A stretch of 22,040 bases of DNA, from NCBI GenBank assembly GCA_019358935.1, contig JAHHIK010000127.1, forward strand, positions 1 through 22,040. Direction: 5' to 3'. The translations under genes and the position numbers were made by a program. A model generated the notes under the pieces. It saw only the letters and a program-made list of their open reading frames with translations, ran no database searches and was not told the origin of the DNA. Of this stretch, positions 18,639-22,040 are shown piece by piece (the stretch's first letter is position 1; each line of letters begins with the position of its first letter). The DNA comes from Tolypothrix carrinoi HA7290-LM1 (GTDB lineage Bacteria > Cyanobacteriota > Cyanobacteriia > Cyanobacteriales > Nostocaceae).

Positions 18639-19150
18639 TAGTAGCGCTCCTTCGCCTTAGCTTTGAGTTCTTCAATGCGCTGTTGCGCTCCTGCATCAGC
18701 GCGGTCTAGCCCGTTGTTCATGCGAACGTATTCGGGGCGTTGCGCGTGCAACTTCTTACCCAATCGGGTGTTTGAGCGTAGCTTGGTTAATTCGCTCTCT
18801 GCCACGTTGCCCTGATACTTTCGGTGAGCGACATGCACCGTTGCATCGGCTTTTTCAATCTTGCCTAAAGATTTGTAAGCGCGTTGCGATTGCCTTGCAC
18901 CTTCAGTTTTCTCTGTTGCAAGTCTTTTCAGGGCATCGGCTTCAGGTTTATTGAAGTATCTTGGTTTTTCAACAATCGGCGCGGTGCGAATGCTTTCCCA
19001 AGTGCCGGGGTTAGTGGGGTTGATAACTTCGGGGTTGGTTGGTTGTAGCACCACATCTTTATTAATGGCATGACCCCCAGTAGTGAGCGTACTACTGCTA
19101 CTAGATTTATTCCCCTTTATCCGGTCGGTGATTCTTGCTAAAATTCCCAT
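18638..19150 (-). CDS. Basic helical hypothetical protein (170 aa)
   Basis: GGAG RBS upstream; operon position. Confidence 0.75.
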   Translation of the reverse strand: MGILARITDRIKGNKSSSSSTLTTGGHAINKDVVLQPTNPEVINPTNPGTWESIRTAPIVEKPRYFNKPEADALKRLATEKTEGARQSQRAYKSLGKIEKADATVHVAHRKYQGNVAESELTKLRSNTRLGKKLHAQRPEYVRMNNGLDRADAGAQQRIEELKAKAKERY

Positions 19151-19162
19151 AGGTTCCGTCTC

Positions 19163-19414
19163 CTAATTGCACAAGGTTTTTTTGACTTCTGAAAGCTGTT
19201 TGGCTTGGGCTTTGAGATGTTCAATCTGGGTGAATTCTGTTGATTGATGCACGCTGATTCCCCCAATTGCCAAGCCAGCAACGAACAGCAACACCGCTAT
19301 GGTCAGTAGTGGTGTTGTTTGTTTTGGGGGTTCAACTTCAGGTGGTAACTGAGGATGCAAGTACCCAGTAAAGGGAACTACAACCCGCGATTGGTGATCT
19401 TTAGCTTTCTCCAT
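19163..19414 (-). CDS. Single-TM hypothetical protein
   Basis: One TM helix (LLTIAVLLFVAGLAIGGI); overlaps the upstream gene. Confidence 0.7.
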   Translation of the reverse strand: MEKAKDHQSRVVVPFTGYLHPQLPPEVEPPKQTTPLLTIAVLLFVAGLAIGGISVHQSTEFTQIEHLKAQAKQLSEVKKTLCN

Positions 19415-19850
19415 CTGGCAGCCTCATATAGTTTGGGAGTAGCGAGAAAGTACCAATAGATAAGGCGTTTTGAGTGCTTTGCTCAATTAGGGTTTTCTCC
19501 GCTTCAGTCGGATTGGTTCGCATTTGCTGGATGCGTCGAACTACACGAGTTGGTAACTCTTGCCAAAAGCGCTGTGCATAGTAGCTAGCAGCATCGTCGA
19601 GCAAGGTTTCGATTAATGTGTCGGCTTCGGGTGAAGCGTCTTCGGTTGCACTGATTGGGCGGGTTTTTAGAAACTCTACACCAGTAGAAGTCCAGAGCTT
19701 GCGACCGTCTGGTTCGATGACGAAGTGTAGGTTTTCAATAAACTTGCCAGGGTGACGGCTCATCCAGCTACGAATAGTCCCTTCTGGGATGCCTGTAACT
19801 TCAGCCGCTTCTGGGGTGGTGTATTTTTTATCGGGTTGTTTGGCTGGCAT
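19401..19850 (-). CDS. MerR/Xis-like HTH DNA-binding protein
   Basis: YTTPEAAEVTGIPEGTIRSW...GRKLWT winged-HTH pattern. Confidence 0.75.
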   Translation of the reverse strand: MPAKQPDKKYTTPEAAEVTGIPEGTIRSWMSRHPGKFIENLHFVIEPDGRKLWTSTGVEFLKTRPISATEDASPEADTLIETLLDDAASYYAQRFWQELPTRVVRRIQQMRTNPTEAEKTLIEQSTQNALSIGTFSLLPNYMRLPDGES

Positions 19851-19954
19851 TTTCTACGCTGGGGTTGTTTTGATTTATCTCATCTGCCCAAATAATTAGC
19901 CCCCGTCTATCAAGTTCTTTCAAGCTTCTATCGTTAATTTCTTCAACAATAAAA

Positions 19955-20212
19955 TCAGGCAGGATGCGAATAATTAAGCGAGTAAGGTGTTGGAGGATTT
20001 CCATAATTAGTTTTCAACTTTGGCTTACAAGGTTCTCCGTCTTCGTCTACTGCTTCAGCAAAGTAATAAGGGTCTACATCCTCTGAGTGGACTTGACCAA
20101 CCTCGCAGTTATATACAAACTCTCCTGTCGTCAAAGTGTCGTAAACGTTGATAGACTGCTCTGGATGCCACTTTTCCAGAGCATCTTCCAAATATTCGCC
20201 TCTTATTTTCAT
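19955..20212 (-). CDS. Acidic hypothetical protein (85 aa)
   Basis: AAGGAG RBS before ATG 20212. Confidence 0.7.
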   Translation of the reverse strand: MKIRGEYLEDALEKWHPEQSINVYDTLTTGEFVYNCEVGQVHSEDVDPYYFAEAVDEDGEPCKPKLKTNYGNPPTPYSLNYSHPA

Positions 20213-20451
20213 TCGTATATTCTCCTTTTTACGTGTTGGTGAGCAGATTTTGGGCTTGTTCGGGGGCAATTGGAACTAACTGAAAGTGCTTTAAAGCTAA
20301 TTCGAGTTGGACACTTTCGACGCTGGGGCGCAAATCTCACTCGCTTAACTGCTGGCAGGTCTTTAAAAAGCACTACGGGCTAGCAGGCTGCCATCTCTGC
20401 TTGGTTTGCGGTTGGGGAGCAATTTAGTTTTGTCTTTACGAATCTAATGTT

Positions 20452-20479
20452 AGTATAATGCAAAGACATAACCTGTCAA
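20452..20479 (-). promoter_or_regulatory. Sigma70-type promoter for the leftward operon
   Basis: TTGACA-N16-TATACT on the minus strand. Confidence 0.7.
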
Positions 20480-20532
20480 CAGTTTTGTATATACAAAAAA
20501 ATTTTGTAAAGATAAAATGGGGCTATAGTTCA

Positions 20533-20919
20533 GTGAAAACGAAGAATGGCACGACCCAAGACGCTAGCGGACGACGCAAAAACAGTAAACGTAAGAATGA
20601 GCCAGTACGACTGGGAGAATATGGACAAAATAGCCCAAATGAGGGGACTGAGCAGGTCGGAAATGCTGCGCTTGATAGCACAGGAGAAGATACCGCTTGG
20701 TCAGATAGCCACAGAAAAGCTAATCCTGGGAAAATCCTTGAGCGTCTCGAGCTGATAGAAAAAACTTTTTTATCTTATGTGCAGGGACATCAGCAGCGTC
20801 TTGAGACGCGACTAGACGAAAGCAAGACCATAGAAACTATTTTCAAAGACGAAGTCGCGGCGCTCAAACAAGAAATTTATCATTTAACTTCGGACATTCC
20901 CGAAGACCATACAGAATAA
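20533..20919 (+). CDS. Coiled-coil hypothetical protein overlapping the RHH gene in another frame (start uncertain: ATG 20458 or GTG 20533)
   Basis: Protein-like helical C-terminus GKILERLELIEKTFLSYVQGHQQRLETRLDESK, with the stop directly followed by a terminator. Confidence 0.6.
   Translation: MKTKNGTTQDASGRRKNSKRKNEPVRLGEYGQNSPNEGTEQVGNAALDSTGEDTAWSDSHRKANPGKILERLELIEKTFLSYVQGHQQRLETRLDESKTIETIFKDEVAALKQEIYHLTSDIPEDHTE
20546..20755 (+). CDS. Ribbon-helix-helix (CopG-like) regulator
   Basis: MARPK...TVNVRMSQYDWENMDKIAQMRGLSRSEMLR pattern. Confidence 0.8.
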   Translation: MARPKTLADDAKTVNVRMSQYDWENMDKIAQMRGLSRSEMLRLIAQEKIPLGQIATEKLILGKSLSVSS

Positions 20920-20952
20920 AGCCGTCCCCGCCTTGCGGTAGGACGGCTTTTT
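20918..20952 (+). terminator. Rho-independent terminator
   Basis: AAAGCCGTCC...GGACGGCTTTTT. Confidence 0.8.
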
Positions 20953-21019
20953 GATGGGTGCGATCGCCATCGAGGAGTGCGATCGCGTCCAATAACTAAT
21001 ACCCATTTAACCAAAACCT

Positions 21020-21271
21020 ATGAAACAAACCAGAAGAAGCGCACTTCATGAGGCTGCCCGGTTAAGCCCACTTTTCCAAGCAACAGAAATAGCGGGAGTC
21101 GAACTAACTAAACTTATCGACTTTATCGAATATCACAACCCGGACATAGACAGAGCCACTGCCACATTGACCGCCGCATTCGTCTTGTCCGAACTACCCA
21201 CTTTTCTTCTGCACAGCCCAAAAAATATGCAGCGGTTAAGCGCGATCGCACTCTGGTTTTCTCAAAGATAA
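21020..21271 (+). CDS. Hypothetical protein (83 aa)
   Basis: ORF bounded by two hairpins. Confidence 0.6.
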   Translation: MKQTRRSALHEAARLSPLFQATEIAGVELTKLIDFIEYHNPDIDRATATLTAAFVLSELPTFLLHSPKNMQRLSAIALWFSQR

Positions 21272-21278
21272 AAAATTA

Positions 21279-21320
21279 AAAAGCCCCCCAGAACTTTAGC
21301 AAAGACGGGCGGCTTTTATT
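21279..21320 (+). terminator. Possible terminator
   Basis: AAAAGCC...GGCTTTT with an imperfect stem after the stop. Confidence 0.5.
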
Positions 21321-21422
21321 AAGTTGATTGAACTATAGGTACTTACGTATCTGCTTAATCCGCTCACAAACCGCTTTCAATCACGCTCTTAATCGCTTTT
21401 ATAAGAAGAATGCAAACTTCTG

Positions 21423-21500
21423 CAATCACGCACTTACTTTGTACAATCACGCACTTACTTTGTACAATCACGCACTTACTTTGTACAATCATGCACTTAC
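21423..21500 (+). repeat. 21-bp direct repeat array CAATCACGCACTTACTTTGTA (3 perfect plus a partial copy), iteron-like
   Basis: Units start at 21423, 21444, 21465 and 21486; the array ends 4 bp before ATG 21505. Confidence 0.9.
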
Positions 21501-21504
21501 AATT

Positions 21505-22040
21505 ATGCCACAAAATCAATTAGTTTCTTTCCCCAATCGTGAAAATAAAGTTTCAGTAAAGTACAACAAACCTCATTGCATTATCCCCGTATCAGACATT
21601 ACATGGATAACGCAACAAGTAAAAGCAGTTCAGACATTGTGGAATGAATGTTGGGTATCAGACCCATTTGGCAGTCGATGGGAGAAGCTATCAACCAACC
21701 TCACAGAAACAGCATTTAGGTTAGCTAGAAAGATTTTATACGCAGCTGGGCTATTTGAATTTAAGCGCGATACCTGCATACATGACAGTCGAAAAACAGC
21801 GGGCTGGTTGGTAATTAATCTTCATGGCGCTAGAAGAATTAAAGACTTTTGGTGCAGCGAAGAAACTGAAACGACATCCGACATAAACACGGCGACATCC
21901 GACATAAACACGGCGACATCCGACATAAACACGGCGACATCCGACATAAACACGGCGACATCCGACATAAACACGGCGATATCCGACACAAAATCAACGG
22001 TGGAAATTGTTGAAACCCCTGAATTTTCAAGCGTTTCAGA
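21505..22040 (+). CDS. Putative replication initiator (wHTH-like), partial at window end
   Basis: Manual translation MPQNQLVSF...WNECWVSDPFGSRW...AFRLARKILYAAGLFEF...WLVINLHG is open to the edge and has upstream and internal 21-bp arrays. The function is inferred. Confidence 0.65.
   Translation, partial: MPQNQLVSFPNRENKVSVKYNKPHCIIPVSDITWITQQVKAVQTLWNECWVSDPFGSRWEKLSTNLTETAFRLARKILYAAGLFEFKRDTCIHDSRKTAGWLVINLHGARRIKDFWCSEETETTSDINTATSDINTATSDINTATSDINTATSDINTAISDTKSTVEIVETPEFSSVS
21872..21992 (+). repeat. Intragenic 21-bp array CGACATCCGACATAAACACGG (5 perfect plus 1 degenerate)
   Basis: Units start at 21872, 21893, 21914, 21935, 21956 and 21977 and encode TSDINTA repeats. Confidence 0.92.

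Larger units (their letters stand above)
15675..22040 (-). mobile_element. Integrated plasmid/phage-like element delimited by an IS110 recombination core; the far end lies outside the window
   Basis: Sharp junction in the permease at TC 15675-15676; IS110 recombinase and guide RNA; tightly coupled small ORFs; RHH regulator; Rep-like gene with 21-bp arrays. Confidence 0.8.

Noticed and set aside
21423..21992. 21-bp arrays as CRISPR
   Set aside because: Head-to-tail repeats with no spacers and no cas genes.
21839..22030. Cys-rich CRMSPCL repeat peptide on the minus strand
   Set aside because: Antisense reading of the tandem array inside the plus-strand ORF; no leader or modifying enzymes.

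Overview
Window from a heterocyst-type (Nostocales-like) cyanobacterial chromosome, judged from many HIP1 GCGATCGC octamers, STRR heptamer arrays, short dispersed repeats and PEP-CTERM genes. Bases 1-15674 are an eroding host region. Intact genes there include ureEFG, an APH-like kinase, a PEP-CTERM protein, a beta-helix protein, an acetamidase, a TSUP transporter, a BMP lipoprotein and higBA. Interleaved relics include an ATPase fused to half a serine hydrolase, a second broken ureG, a broken paralogue of an exported protein and a collapsed nucleoside ABC operon. From 15675 to beyond the window end is an integrated plasmid/phage-like element. It carries a Rep-like gene with two 21-bp iteron-like arrays, an RHH regulator and a leftward small-ORF operon ending in an IS110-family DEDD recombinase that is frameshifted. 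The key observation is the 286-bp gap upstream of the recombinase. It holds a canonical type I hammerhead ribozyme followed by a bridge-RNA-like structure. The guide loops of that RNA match the actual insertion junction and predict the empty target ACCTTTTCGTCCTGA, which restores the permease C-terminus. This suggests an RNA-guided integrative element whose guide RNA is released from a polycistronic transcript by self-cleavage.
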